Assembly: GCA_028689545.1 (NCBI GenBank)
Contig: JAQVCX010000007.1
Span: 881-64,880 of the forward strand
Length of the DNA stretch: 64,000 bases
From: Parabacteroides sp.
Lineage (GTDB): Bacteria; Bacteroidota; Bacteroidia; Bacteroidales; Tannerellaceae
Direction of reading: 5' to 3'
A model generated the notes under the pieces. That model saw nothing but the letters and a program-made list of their open reading frames with translations, had not been told where the DNA came from and made no database searches. Below, piece after piece: positions 9,135-18,076 of this stretch (its first letter is position 1; the number at the start of each line of letters is the position of its first letter). A program made the position numbers and the translations under genes.

Positions 9135-9200
9135 GTTAACTTCATGGGCGAAGTATGTTAACTGAAATGGCGAAGTATGTTAACATACTTCGCCCATGAA
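9135..9200. repeat. Palindromic 22-bp-period GTTAAC repeat (REP-like)
   Basis: TTAAC at 9136, 9158 and 9180; perfect 21-bp inverted repeat 9141-9161/9180-9200; perfect 26-bp palindrome 9169-9194. Confidence 0.85.
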
Positions 9201-9225
9201 CCTAGGTTCCTTTTTCTATAAAGCC

Positions 9226-9268
9226 AAAAAGAGGAGGCGCATCTTTAAAAGATACGTCTCCTCTTTTT
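9226..9268. terminator. Bidirectional intrinsic terminator
   Basis: AAAAAGAGGAGGCGCATCTTT...AAAGATACGTCTCCTCTTTTT between convergent genes. Confidence 0.8.
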
Positions 9269-9287
9269 GTCTATGTATATCTATAAC

Positions 9288-9455
9288 TTAATAAATCTTA
9301 TCAAGATCAGCTGCTTTGACTCTGAAGATATGACCGTTACGAGAGAACACCAACTCGCCGTCTTCCTTCTTCTTCTGATTCACCAAACGCTGAAAAGCTA
9401 TATTCGCACCTTTTACTATATTCTCTTCGAATTCTCTAACCTCTTGCTCATTCAT
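9288..9455 (-). CDS. Small hypothetical protein (55 aa), partner of the upstream P-loop protein
   Basis: MNEQEVREFEENIVKGANIAFQRLVNQKKKEDGELVFSRNGHIFRVKAADLDKIY. Start trimmed to ATG 9455, which overlaps the upstream stop by 8 bp. Confidence 0.7.
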   Translation of the reverse strand: MNEQEVREFEENIVKGANIAFQRLVNQKKKEDGELVFSRNGHIFRVKAADLDKIY

Positions 9456-10023
9456 GATGTTCAAGTTTTGTAAAAATATCTTGATTATAAACTTCTTTTT
9501 TATCATTCTTGAATCCCTTGGCGATCACTTCCATAGGAGACATTGAATTATCTGTTATCATCCAATAGTCACTAATGGGCAGGTATAGCTCAAATAAATT
9601 GTGGATACCGGCCTCGTACCGACGCCGTATCGTTGCTTCCGGAATATTGTGACCTCCGGCGGCTACCCTCATTTTCACACGTTCCACTGCTAAATTCGGC
9701 GTATTTAGCCAGAAGTAAAGCAATGTAACATAATAACCTTCCCTTTGTGCTTCCCGTATCAAGTTCGCGACCGAACGGGTGGCCAGCGTAGTTTCCATAG
9801 CAAAAGTCTCACCAGCACTGATGAGTTCCTTTATTCGTTTATACATAATACGACTAGCTTCAACGGCGACGGCTATACTGTCTGCATTAAAAGGGGAAAG
9901 TCCCTTGGCTATCTCGTCCGAGTTAACAAACTCCCTGCATTTTAGCATTTCTGGTAAAATCGTAAAGGAGGCTGTTGTTTTTCCTGCTCCGTTGCAACCT
10001 GATATTATATACAAATATGGCAC
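9448..10023 (-). CDS. Zeta-toxin-like/COG4185-type P-loop ATPase/kinase
   Basis: 'YLYIISGCNGAGKTT', 'FVNSDEIA', 'FAMETTLA', 'RVKMRVAAGGHNIP...IRRRY'. The track start (TTG 10047) lies inside the TATATTTG box (10045-10052), so GTG 10023 is preferred. Confidence 0.85.
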   Translation of the reverse strand: MPYLYIISGCNGAGKTTASFTILPEMLKCREFVNSDEIAKGLSPFNADSIAVAVEASRIMYKRIKELISAGETFAMETTLATRSVANLIREAQREGYYVTLLYFWLNTPNLAVERVKMRVAAGGHNIPEATIRRRYEAGIHNLFELYLPISDYWMITDNSMSPMEVIAKGFKNDKKEVYNQDIFTKLEHHE

Positions 10024-10164
10024 TGTTTGCTGTTTTTGATGCTGCAAATATATGTAATAGTTTTTTAATATGCGTCGTTTTATTTCTCAAAAATCGTGAA
10101 AATGTGCAGAAGATGTACTTTTAACTAGCGGGTTTGTTTATAAAAGGGGCGGTTTTGTTAATTT

Positions 10165-11292
10165 TTATACCCAAAGTAGATCACTCATAATTCCGTCGGA
10201 AACGAAGATCCCGTCTTTGGATAAAATCAATTTGTCATTGGTTTGTAATAGGAGTCCTTGGTTGATATGGGGTCTGGCTTGCTTTAGGCAATATGAAAGA
10301 AGCTTTTCCCCAAATTTTGTCTGTATATCAGTGAAGGAGATTCCCCACATGGTACGAAGGCCTGTTATAATGAAGTCGTTGTACCGGGTGTATAGGTCTA
10401 AGTTCTCCGATTCGATAGCCGGAAGTCCATTTTCTATACCTTTTATATATATAGGAAGGGAGGATACATTCCATTCCCGGTCGATACCATTATAAGAATG
10501 GGCGGACGGTCCGAGCCCCAGATATTTTTCCCCGGTCCAATAGGAGCTGTTATGTCTGGATAAAAAGCCGGGACGGGCGAAATTAGATATTTCGTAATGC
10601 TGGTAGCCGGCTTCTACTAGCCGATCTATTAATGTGGAGAAAAAGGAGACGCTGAGTTCCTCATCTATAGGTCTCACTTTTCCCGCTTCCTTTAATTTGT
10701 ACAAGGCGGTTCCTTCCTCATATATTAAGTGGTAAGCAGAAAGATGGGGTACGTCAAGCCGAATGGCCATATCCAGATTCTCTTCCCATGCCTGCCGGGT
10801 TTGGTTGGGGAGGCCATATATCAAATCGATACTGATATTTGTAATTCCGTATTGTTTGCATAATTCGACGGCCCTTATCGCCTGTTCCCTGTCATGGCGG
10901 CGGTTAAGGAAGCGCAAGTCTTCAGGATGGAAACTTTGCACGCCCATACTAATCCGGTTGAAAGGGAATTTTCGGAGCATCGATATATATTCCGGATTCA
11001 TATCGTCCGGATTCGCCTCTAAGGTGATCTCCGCCTGGTCGGATACGTTGAAATGATGATAGATGGCCTTAAAGATTTTATGGAAGTCCTCTTCTCCTAA
11101 TTGAGAAGGAGTTCCTCCACCGAAGTAGATAGTCTCTAAGGTTTCGTTTCTAATATACGTTTTACGTAAAGCCATCTCATTACCGATCGCCTCCACATAC
11201 GCTTCCTTGTATCTCATCTCCGTGTTCGAGAAGAAATCGCAGTATAGGCACCGTTTGGTGCAAAAGGGGACATGAATGTATAGACCTGCCAT
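10165..11292 (-). CDS. hemW: Radical SAM heme chaperone (HemN-like)
   Basis: 'LYIHVPFC', CxxxCxxC 'CTKRCLYC', 'YFGGGTPS', 'EANP', 'YEISNFA', 'HNSSYW'. Confidence 0.92.
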   Translation of the reverse strand: MAGLYIHVPFCTKRCLYCDFFSNTEMRYKEAYVEAIGNEMALRKTYIRNETLETIYFGGGTPSQLGEEDFHKIFKAIYHHFNVSDQAEITLEANPDDMNPEYISMLRKFPFNRISMGVQSFHPEDLRFLNRRHDREQAIRAVELCKQYGITNISIDLIYGLPNQTRQAWEENLDMAIRLDVPHLSAYHLIYEEGTALYKLKEAGKVRPIDEELSVSFFSTLIDRLVEAGYQHYEISNFARPGFLSRHNSSYWTGEKYLGLGPSAHSYNGIDREWNVSSLPIYIKGIENGLPAIESENLDLYTRYNDFIITGLRTMWGISFTDIQTKFGEKLLSYCLKQARPHINQGLLLQTNDKLILSKDGIFVSDGIMSDLLWV

Positions 11293-11389
11293 ATTTATAA
11301 ATATATTTTTCGGGTCTTGATTTCAATTGCAGTCATATCAGTCATATATTTATTGATACAAAGGTATATAAAAACATTGGATTGGCACC

Positions 11390-11405
11390 CCTGCTGCATA
11401 ACATA
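11390..11405 (+). promoter_or_regulatory. Possible Cur (BT4338-type CRP) site upstream of EF-G2
   Basis: CCTGCTGCATAACATA has one perfect AACATA half-site of the recalled TATGTTnTAnAACATA consensus; the other half matches only 3/6. Confidence 0.3.
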
Positions 11406-11521
11406 GTTCTCAAACACCGGGCGATAATTGTTTTTCTCCTTAACTATCTCTAATTTGCGCCCTCGTGAAAGTGATTCATGTGAAATAAACGAATTGTTAA
11501 ACTCAAATAAATCCTGATATC

Positions 11522-13678
11522 ATGAAAGTATACCAAACAAATGAAATTAAGAACATCTCTATCTTGGGAAGTTCGGGCTCTGGGAAAACCACTCTCGCTG
11601 AAGCGATGCTTTACGAGGGTGGAGTTATAAAACGTCGTGGCTCCGTTGACGCGGGAAATACGGTGTCCGACTATTTCCCGGTTGAGAAAGAGTATGGATA
11701 CTCTGTGTTCTCAACCGCTTTTAGTGTGGAATGGCAAGATCGGAAGTTGAACTTCATTGATTGTCCGGGTTCGGATGATTTCGTGGGAGGAGCTGTTTCC
11801 GCGTTGAATGTCACGGATACGGCGCTGATGGTATTGAATGCCCAATACGGCGTAGAGGTTGGAACCGTAAACCAGTTCCGGTATACTGAACAATTCCATA
11901 AACCGGTCATTTTCGTGGTCAACCAGCTTGATAATGACAAGGCCGACTATGATGGAGCTATCGCCCAGCTGAAAGACCGTTGGGGCAGTAAGATCGTTCC
12001 TATCCAATATCCGATTAGCTGCGGCTCTTCTTTTAATGCCGTGGTGGATGTGCTAAAAATGAAGATGTATCGTTGGAAGCCGGAGGGTGGGGTTCCGGAT
12101 GTGTTGGAAATCCCCGCGGAGGAGATGGATAAGGCGATGGAGCTGCATCAAGCCTTGGTGGAGTCCGCCGCTGAGAACGATGATACTTTGATGGAGAAAT
12201 TCTTTGAGGAAGGAGCCTTGAGCGAGGACGATATGCGTGCCGGTATCCGTGCGGGCTTGGTTACTCGCGGTATGTTCCCGGTATTCTGCGTATGCGCCGG
12301 TCGTGATATGTGCGTTCGCCGTACGTTGGAGTTCTTGGGGAATGTGGTTCCTTGTACCGATAAGATGCCTCGTTTGATTACTACGGAAGGCGTAGAGGTG
12401 ACTCCGGACTCGAATGGCCCTACTAGCTTGTTCTTCTTCAAGACAACCATGGAGCCTCATATCGGTCAGGTGTCCTATTTTAAAGTGATATCAGGAAAAG
12501 TAAAAGAGGGTGACGACTTGATGAATGCCGATCGTGGCTCTAAGGAACGTATCGCGCAGTTATTCGCGGTAGCGGGACAAACGCGTACCCAGGTTACGGA
12601 AATGGTGGCGGGTGATATCGGGGCGACCGTTAAATTAAAAGATCTTCGCCGTGGTAATACATTGAACGGTAAGGGTTGTGATTATCGCTTCGACTTCATT
12701 AAATATCCGGATCCGAAGTATCGTCGTGCCATCAAGCCGGTGAATGAAGCGGATTCCGAGAAGATGATGGAGATCTTGATACGTATGCGTGAGGAAGATC
12801 CGACATGGGTAATCGAGCAGTCCAAGGAATTGAAGCAGACCATCATTTCCGGTCAGGGTGAGTTCCATCTTCGTACATTGAAATGGAGAATCGAGAATAA
12901 TGATAAGTTGCCGATCGAATACCTGGAGCCGAAGATCCCGTATCGTGAGACGATCACGAAAGCGGCCCGCGCGGATTATCGCCATAAGAAGCAATCCGGT
13001 GGCGCGGGGCAGTTCGGGGAGGTTCACTTGATTATCGAGCCTTATTATGAAGGTATGCCTGCTCCGGATACCTACCGTTTCGGCGGACAGGAATATAAGA
13101 TGAATGTTCGTGATACTCAAATAATAGATTTGGATTGGGGGGGCAAGGTCGTGTTCGTAAACTGTGTGGTTGGTGGCGCTATCGACACTCGTTTCTTACC
13201 GGCTATCCTGAAAGGTATTATGGCGCGCATGGAGCAAGGGCCGTTGACTGGCTCGTATGCTCGTGACGTACGTATCTGCGTGTACGATGGTAAGATGCAC
13301 CCGGTAGACAGCAATGAAATCTCGTTTATGCTGGCCGGACGTAATGCTTTCAGTACTTCCTTCAAGGAGGCTGGCCCTAAGATCTTGGAGCCTGTTTACG
13401 ATGTGGAGGTTTCCGTCCCCGCCGATTATCTGGGAGATGTGATGGGCGATTTGCAAGGACGCCGTGCCTTGATCATGGGTATGAATAGCGAGAAGGGCTT
13501 TGAGAAATTATTGGCGAAAGTTCCTTTGAAAGAGATGTCCAACTATTCTACTTCATTAAGTTCCATTACGGGCGGACGTGCTTCGTTTACGATGAAGTTC
13601 GCTAGTTACGAGTTAGTTCCGGCCGACGTGCAAGAGAAGTTGCTGAAGGCTTACGAGGCTACTCAATCAGAAGAATAG
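11522..13678 (+). CDS. fusA2: Elongation factor G paralog (EF-G2)
   Basis: Five-domain EF-G ('PYRETI', 'HKKQSGGAGQFG', 'YDGKMHPVDS', 'ILEP'); G1 GSSGSGKT, DCPGS in place of DTPGH, no RGITI, insertion in domain IV. Confidence 0.93.
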   Translation: MKVYQTNEIKNISILGSSGSGKTTLAEAMLYEGGVIKRRGSVDAGNTVSDYFPVEKEYGYSVFSTAFSVEWQDRKLNFIDCPGSDDFVGGAVSALNVTDTALMVLNAQYGVEVGTVNQFRYTEQFHKPVIFVVNQLDNDKADYDGAIAQLKDRWGSKIVPIQYPISCGSSFNAVVDVLKMKMYRWKPEGGVPDVLEIPAEEMDKAMELHQALVESAAENDDTLMEKFFEEGALSEDDMRAGIRAGLVTRGMFPVFCVCAGRDMCVRRTLEFLGNVVPCTDKMPRLITTEGVEVTPDSNGPTSLFFFKTTMEPHIGQVSYFKVISGKVKEGDDLMNADRGSKERIAQLFAVAGQTRTQVTEMVAGDIGATVKLKDLRRGNTLNGKGCDYRFDFIKYPDPKYRRAIKPVNEADSEKMMEILIRMREEDPTWVIEQSKELKQTIISGQGEFHLRTLKWRIENNDKLPIEYLEPKIPYRETITKAARADYRHKKQSGGAGQFGEVHLIIEPYYEGMPAPDTYRFGGQEYKMNVRDTQIIDLDWGGKVVFVNCVVGGAIDTRFLPAILKGIMARMEQGPLTGSYARDVRICVYDGKMHPVDSNEISFMLAGRNAFSTSFKEAGPKILEPVYDVEVSVPADYLGDVMGDLQGRRALIMGMNSEKGFEKLLAKVPLKEMSNYSTSLSSITGGRASFTMKFASYELVPADVQEKLLKAYEATQSEE

Positions 13679-13729
13679 GTGAAGAAAGATGTCATCATAA
13701 TTTTTTAATATTTTAAAGTTAAACGAGAG

Positions 13730-13760
13730 AAGGCCGGCTTTGTGAAAAGCTGGCCTTTTT
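13730..13760 (+). terminator. Intrinsic terminator after fusA2
   Basis: AAGGCCGGCTTT-GTGA-AAAGCTGGCCTT followed by a T run. Confidence 0.85.
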
Positions 13761-13873
13761 GTTATGTCTTTTTCACCGGGCTGTCGTGAACCTGTAATAT
13801 AGAAGGTGTTCTTTTGTATCATCTTAAACAAGGAAAAGATGATACAAAAGAAAGTACTATATGCGGATGCCGT

Positions 13874-15028
13874 ATGAGAATCCTATTTGTCATACAAGGT
13901 GAGGGACGTGGGCACTTGACCCAGGCGTTGTCCTTACGCCAGAAATTGATGGCCGAGGGGCATGAGGTCGTCGGGGTGCTGGTAGGGAAAAGCCCGGCCC
14001 GCCGTTTGCCGGATTTCTTCTTGAAGAAGATTGAGTCGCCGGTATATCCGTTTGAGAGCCCTAACTTCTTGCCGACGGCCAAGAATAAACAAGTGAATCT
14101 GGCGCGTAGCGTATTATATAATGTGGTGCGGCTGCGTAAATACATGGGGAGTATCCGTTATATCGACCGGATGATCCGGCGGACGGAGGCGGATGTCGTC
14201 GTGAATTTCTATGAGTTGCTGACGGGGCTGACGTACCTGCTTTTCCGCCCGAAAGCTACGATGGTGTGTATCGCCCATCAATATCTGTTCTTGCATCCGG
14301 ACTTCGCTTTCCCGAGGCAAAACACCTTGTCGCTGGCATCGCTGCGCTTTTTCACGCGATTGACGGCGATAGGCTCCGCCAAGAAATTGGCCTTGTCTTT
14401 CCGGAAGATGCGCGAGGTGCCGCAGGAAGGGATCGTAGTGGTTCCTCCTTTATTACGGCAAGAGGTATTGGACGCGGTTCCTTCGAATGGCGATTATTTG
14501 CATGGTTATTTATTGAATAGCGGGTTTAGCGAGGAGATCCGTTCTTGGCATTCCCTGCATCCAGAGGTCCCGATGCATTTCTTTTGGGATAAGAAGGATC
14601 AGCGGGCCGAGGTGAGAATAGACGATCGCCTTTCTTTCCATCAGCTGGATGATACGCTGTTTCTGCGTTATATGTCGGGGGCGAAGGCGTATGCCACGAC
14701 CGCCGGGTTCGAGTCTGTTTGTGAGGCGATGTATCTGAATAAGCCCGTATTGATGGTCCCTACGCATATCGAGCAAGCTTGCAACGCCTACGATGCCTCC
14801 TTGTCTGGCGCGGGCGTTGTCGCTGATTGTTTTGATCTGGACGCGCTAGTATCCATTTCGGAAAGTCACGCGGAGAATCCGATGTTCCGGCATTGGGTGA
14901 AGCAGGCGGATTGGCTTATCCTTCGTGATTTCCGCGAGGATTTGTTGCGTGAGGAGCATCCGGTAACGGGCCTCGGGAGGATTACGACGAATTGGGTGGC
15001 TCGTCTGGGGAGATTCCTGCCCATTTAA
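13874..15028 (+). CDS. Glycosyltransferase (GT-B fold, MJ1255-like)
   Basis: 'MRILFVIQGEGRGHLTQA', 'VVNFYE', 'TTAGFESVCEAMYLNKPVLMVP...EQACNA'. Start trimmed from TTG 13814 to ATG 13874. Confidence 0.85.
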   Translation: MRILFVIQGEGRGHLTQALSLRQKLMAEGHEVVGVLVGKSPARRLPDFFLKKIESPVYPFESPNFLPTAKNKQVNLARSVLYNVVRLRKYMGSIRYIDRMIRRTEADVVVNFYELLTGLTYLLFRPKATMVCIAHQYLFLHPDFAFPRQNTLSLASLRFFTRLTAIGSAKKLALSFRKMREVPQEGIVVVPPLLRQEVLDAVPSNGDYLHGYLLNSGFSEEIRSWHSLHPEVPMHFFWDKKDQRAEVRIDDRLSFHQLDDTLFLRYMSGAKAYATTAGFESVCEAMYLNKPVLMVPTHIEQACNAYDASLSGAGVVADCFDLDALVSISESHAENPMFRHWVKQADWLILRDFREDLLREEHPVTGLGRITTNWVARLGRFLPI

Positions 15029-15044
15029 TGCTTTCCAAATAGAT

Positions 15045-15260
15045 GGGAAACGCTCGGCGGGGGTCGCCGGGGGAGTTGGATCACGTCCAAAGTCCCCGGC
15101 GGCCCTCGCCGAGCGTTTCGAATCACTTCCAAAGTCCTTGGCGACCTCCGCCGAGTGTCTCGCGTCGCTTCTGACTCCCCCGGCGACCCCCGCCGAGGGT
15201 TTCCCATCACTTCCAACCCTTCCGGCGACCCCTAGCCGAGCGTTTCGCGTCGATTTGCCA
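15045..15260. repeat. 42-bp tandem GC-rich repeat x4 plus one inverted copy
   Basis: GCCGAG at 15108, 15150, 15192 and 15234 (exact 42-bp period); inverted copy at about 15045-15080; lies between convergent genes. Confidence 0.9.
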
Positions 15261-15310
15261 CGGCTGGCGTACTCCCGAAAGGGTTTTTACATCAAGGTAA
15301 GAAGCTGAAT

Positions 15311-16591
15311 TTATTGATTCAGCGCCTGCTCGATATCGGCGATGATATCACCGGCGTTCTCGATACCTACCGAGAAGCGGATCAAGTCCGGGGCCACGCC
15401 TGCCTCGATCAATTGCTCATCGCTCAGCTGGCGGTGCGTATGGCTGGCCGGGTGAAGCACGCAAGTGCGGGCATCCGCTACGTGGGTTACGATAGCCGCC
15501 AGTTTCAAGCTATCCATGAACTTGATCGCTACCTCGCGCCCTCCCTTCAATCCGAAGGAAAGCACGCCGCAAGAGCCGTTGGGCAGATATTTCTTGGCTA
15601 GCTCATGATATTTGTTGCCCTCCAGTTCCGGGTAATTTACCCAAGCTACCTTATCGCAATTCTGTAGCCAGCGCGCTACCGCCAAGGCGTTTTTGCAATG
15701 CTGCGGCACGCGGAGGTGCAAGGTCTCCAAGCCCAGATTCAAGAGGAACGCGTTTTGCGGGGATTGTATCGCCCCCAGGTCACGCATCAGCTGGCTGGTC
15801 GCTTTCGTGATGAAGGCCAATTTCCCGAAGGCCTTGCTGTAGGTCAGCCCGTGGTAAGAGAGGTCCGGCTGGCAAAGTCCCGGGAACTTCTCGGCATGCG
15901 CTTCCCAGTCGAAATTGCCGCTATCCACGATACAACCGCCTACGCTCGTGGCATGGCCATCCATATATTTGGTCGTGGAGTGCGTAACGATATCCGCTCC
16001 CCACTCGAACGGGCGGCAGTTGATAGGCGTGGCGAACGTATTGTCTACGATCAAGGGCACGCCATGCTTATGGGCGATGCGGGCGAACTTCTCCACATCC
16101 AATACCATGACACCCGGGTTGGAGATCATCTCGCCGAACATCGCTTTCGTGTTCGGGCGGAAAGCCTTGGAGATCTCTTCCTCGCTCGCGTCTTGATCGA
16201 TGAACGTGCATTCTATTCCCAGCTTCTTCAAGGTAACGGCCAACAGATTATAAGTGCCGCCGTAAATGCTGGTTGCGCTCACGATATGATCGCCCGCCTC
16301 GCAGATATTGAAGAAAGCGAAAAAGCTGGCGGCCTGCCCGGATGAGGTCAGCATGGCTGCCACGCCACCTTCCAGCGCCGCGATCTTGGCGGCTACGGCA
16401 TCGTTGGTCGGGTTCTGGAGGCGGGTATAGAAATAACCGCTCTCCTCCAGGTCGAACAATTTGGCCATCTGCTCACTTGTCTCATACTTGAATGTCGTGC
16501 TTTGATAGATCGGGAGTACACGGGGCTCTCCTTTCTTAGGTTGCCAACCGGCCTGTACGCACAGGGTTTCCGGTTTGAATTTGTTATCCAT
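15311..16591 (-). CDS. metY: O-acetylhomoserine aminocarboxypropyltransferase (sulfhydrylase)
   Basis: 'PIYQSTTF', 'YTRLQNPT', 'SSGQAA', 'VDNTFATP', PLP-Lys 'HSTTKYMDGH', 'HVADARTCVLHPASHTH', 'IRFSVGIE'. Confidence 0.9.
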   Translation of the reverse strand: MDNKFKPETLCVQAGWQPKKGEPRVLPIYQSTTFKYETSEQMAKLFDLEESGYFYTRLQNPTNDAVAAKIAALEGGVAAMLTSSGQAASFFAFFNICEAGDHIVSATSIYGGTYNLLAVTLKKLGIECTFIDQDASEEEISKAFRPNTKAMFGEMISNPGVMVLDVEKFARIAHKHGVPLIVDNTFATPINCRPFEWGADIVTHSTTKYMDGHATSVGGCIVDSGNFDWEAHAEKFPGLCQPDLSYHGLTYSKAFGKLAFITKATSQLMRDLGAIQSPQNAFLLNLGLETLHLRVPQHCKNALAVARWLQNCDKVAWVNYPELEGNKYHELAKKYLPNGSCGVLSFGLKGGREVAIKFMDSLKLAAIVTHVADARTCVLHPASHTHRQLSDEQLIEAGVAPDLIRFSVGIENAGDIIADIEQALNQ

Positions 16592-16660
16592 ATAGGTTGT
16601 TTTTTATTGAATGTCGTTTAGATCGCGAATGTACGGAAAATCGGTAAGAATAGTGTCCGC

Positions 16661-17989
16661 TTACAAGATCTTCTTCTGTAAGATGCTGAACCAGATGAAC
16701 GCGACAATCCCTTTTAGCATGCTGGAAACGCTGATCGCCCACCAGACACCCGTGATGCCCAGTCCCGCGGCCGCTAGCCCGATGGCCAAAGGTATGCGCA
16801 GGGTGTTGCACGAGATACTGATGATGGCCGGCGGAACGGTCCGGCCGGTACCGTAGAACATGCCTTGCGTGGTAATTTCCAGCATCATGAGGATCATCGA
16901 ATAGCCATCGATCCGGAGGAAGATACCGCCGGCCTCGTAAGCCGCCTGCTCCGGCACGATCAGCGAGAAGACCTCGCTACCGTAAAAGACGAATAGCAAG
17001 GTGCAGAGCACACCGATGATGGAAGTCATTTTAAGCGTCGTATGATAAGCGCTCAGGATACGTTCCTTCTTGTGTGCGGCGTAGTTCTGGGCGGTGAAAG
17101 TGGAGAGGGCCGTACTGAAGCCTTGCGAGGTGTTCCATGCGATCGCCTCCATTTGTCCGCCCGCCGTAAGCGTCATCACGCCGATATGCCCTCCGTAGGT
17201 AGAAGCCGTACGAGCCATGAAAAGATTGATGATCGCGAAGAACGTATTCAATAACGCCACCGGCAGGCCCAATTGGAAGATCCGCTTGGTGTACCGCTCT
17301 TTTAAACGGACAAAGAACGGGAATCCCCCGAACAATTTATTGCGGCATTTTAGCTGATAGACGAATAGTCCGCAAACCACCGCTTGGGAGATCCACGTAG
17401 CCCAAGCCGCGCCCGCCGTACCCAAATGGAAGCCGAGTATAAATAAAGGATCTAGCACCATATTCAGTAAAAGACCTGTCCCGCTGATATAAAATGGAAT
17501 CTTACTCAATCCCGAGGCATTATGAATCCCGGTAAACGCCGCCGATAGGAAGATAAACGGGAATGCGGAAGCGACGATTCGCAAATATTCCACGGCGTTC
17601 AGCGCGATCGGTTCCTCCAGCTTGTAGAAGCCGATGATCGGGTGCGCCAGCGCGAATAACAGGAATCCCCAGCAGAGCGAGAGGATCAAGGCGATCGTCA
17701 GGTTATGGGAGGCGAATCCCCGGGCATCTTCCTCGTTTTGCGCCCCGATACTTTGGGCTACGCTCACCTCCGAGCCTACCTTATTCAAGTAAGAGATAGA
17801 GTTCGTCATCCACGTGAGGATACCTACGGCACCGATAGCGGCCACGGCCTCGCTACCCAAGCGGCCCACCCAAGCCATGTCGGTGATGCTATAGGCCATT
17901 TGGATAAAGGAGGTGCCCATGATGGGCATAGCCAGGTTGAAGAGTTGCCGGGAGATGATCCCTTCGGTTAGATTTTTTGTTCCTTGCAT
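16661..17989 (-). CDS. MATE-family efflux transporter
   Basis: 'LTEGIISRQLFNLAMP', 'DMAWVGRLGSEAVAAIG', 'NMVLDPLFI...GAAWAT'. Start trimmed to ATG 17989; the track's extension reads through the heptamer repeat. Confidence 0.92.
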   Translation of the reverse strand: MQGTKNLTEGIISRQLFNLAMPIMGTSFIQMAYSITDMAWVGRLGSEAVAAIGAVGILTWMTNSISYLNKVGSEVSVAQSIGAQNEEDARGFASHNLTIALILSLCWGFLLFALAHPIIGFYKLEEPIALNAVEYLRIVASAFPFIFLSAAFTGIHNASGLSKIPFYISGTGLLLNMVLDPLFILGFHLGTAGAAWATWISQAVVCGLFVYQLKCRNKLFGGFPFFVRLKERYTKRIFQLGLPVALLNTFFAIINLFMARTASTYGGHIGVMTLTAGGQMEAIAWNTSQGFSTALSTFTAQNYAAHKKERILSAYHTTLKMTSIIGVLCTLLFVFYGSEVFSLIVPEQAAYEAGGIFLRIDGYSMILMMLEITTQGMFYGTGRTVPPAIISISCNTLRIPLAIGLAAAGLGITGVWWAISVSSMLKGIVAFIWFSILQKKIL

Positions 17990-18005
17990 GATCGTTTCTT
18001 GATAG

Positions 18006-18076
18006 GTTGATAGTTGACAGTTGACAGTTAATACTAGCGCGAAGCAACTGTCAACTGTCACTTGTCAACTGTCAAC
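18006..18076. repeat. Inverted heptamer array (TTGACAG)n...(CTGTCAA)n
   Basis: Seen directly between the glnA stop and the MATE start. Confidence 0.9.

Noticed and set aside
13809-13852. Invertible promoter (inverton)
   Set aside because: The repeats are only 10 bp apart, too close to hold a promoter, and no recombinase is nearby.
15045-15260. Possible CRISPR array, and the 63-aa ORF 15025-15216
   Set aside because: The units are contiguous and degenerate with no unique spacers and no cas genes; the ORF only reflects the 14-codon period.
16592-16660. SAM riboswitch upstream of metY; T-boxes upstream of hisS or valS
   Set aside because: The gap is 69 bp and I recognised no SAM-I/II or T-box consensus in any of these leaders.
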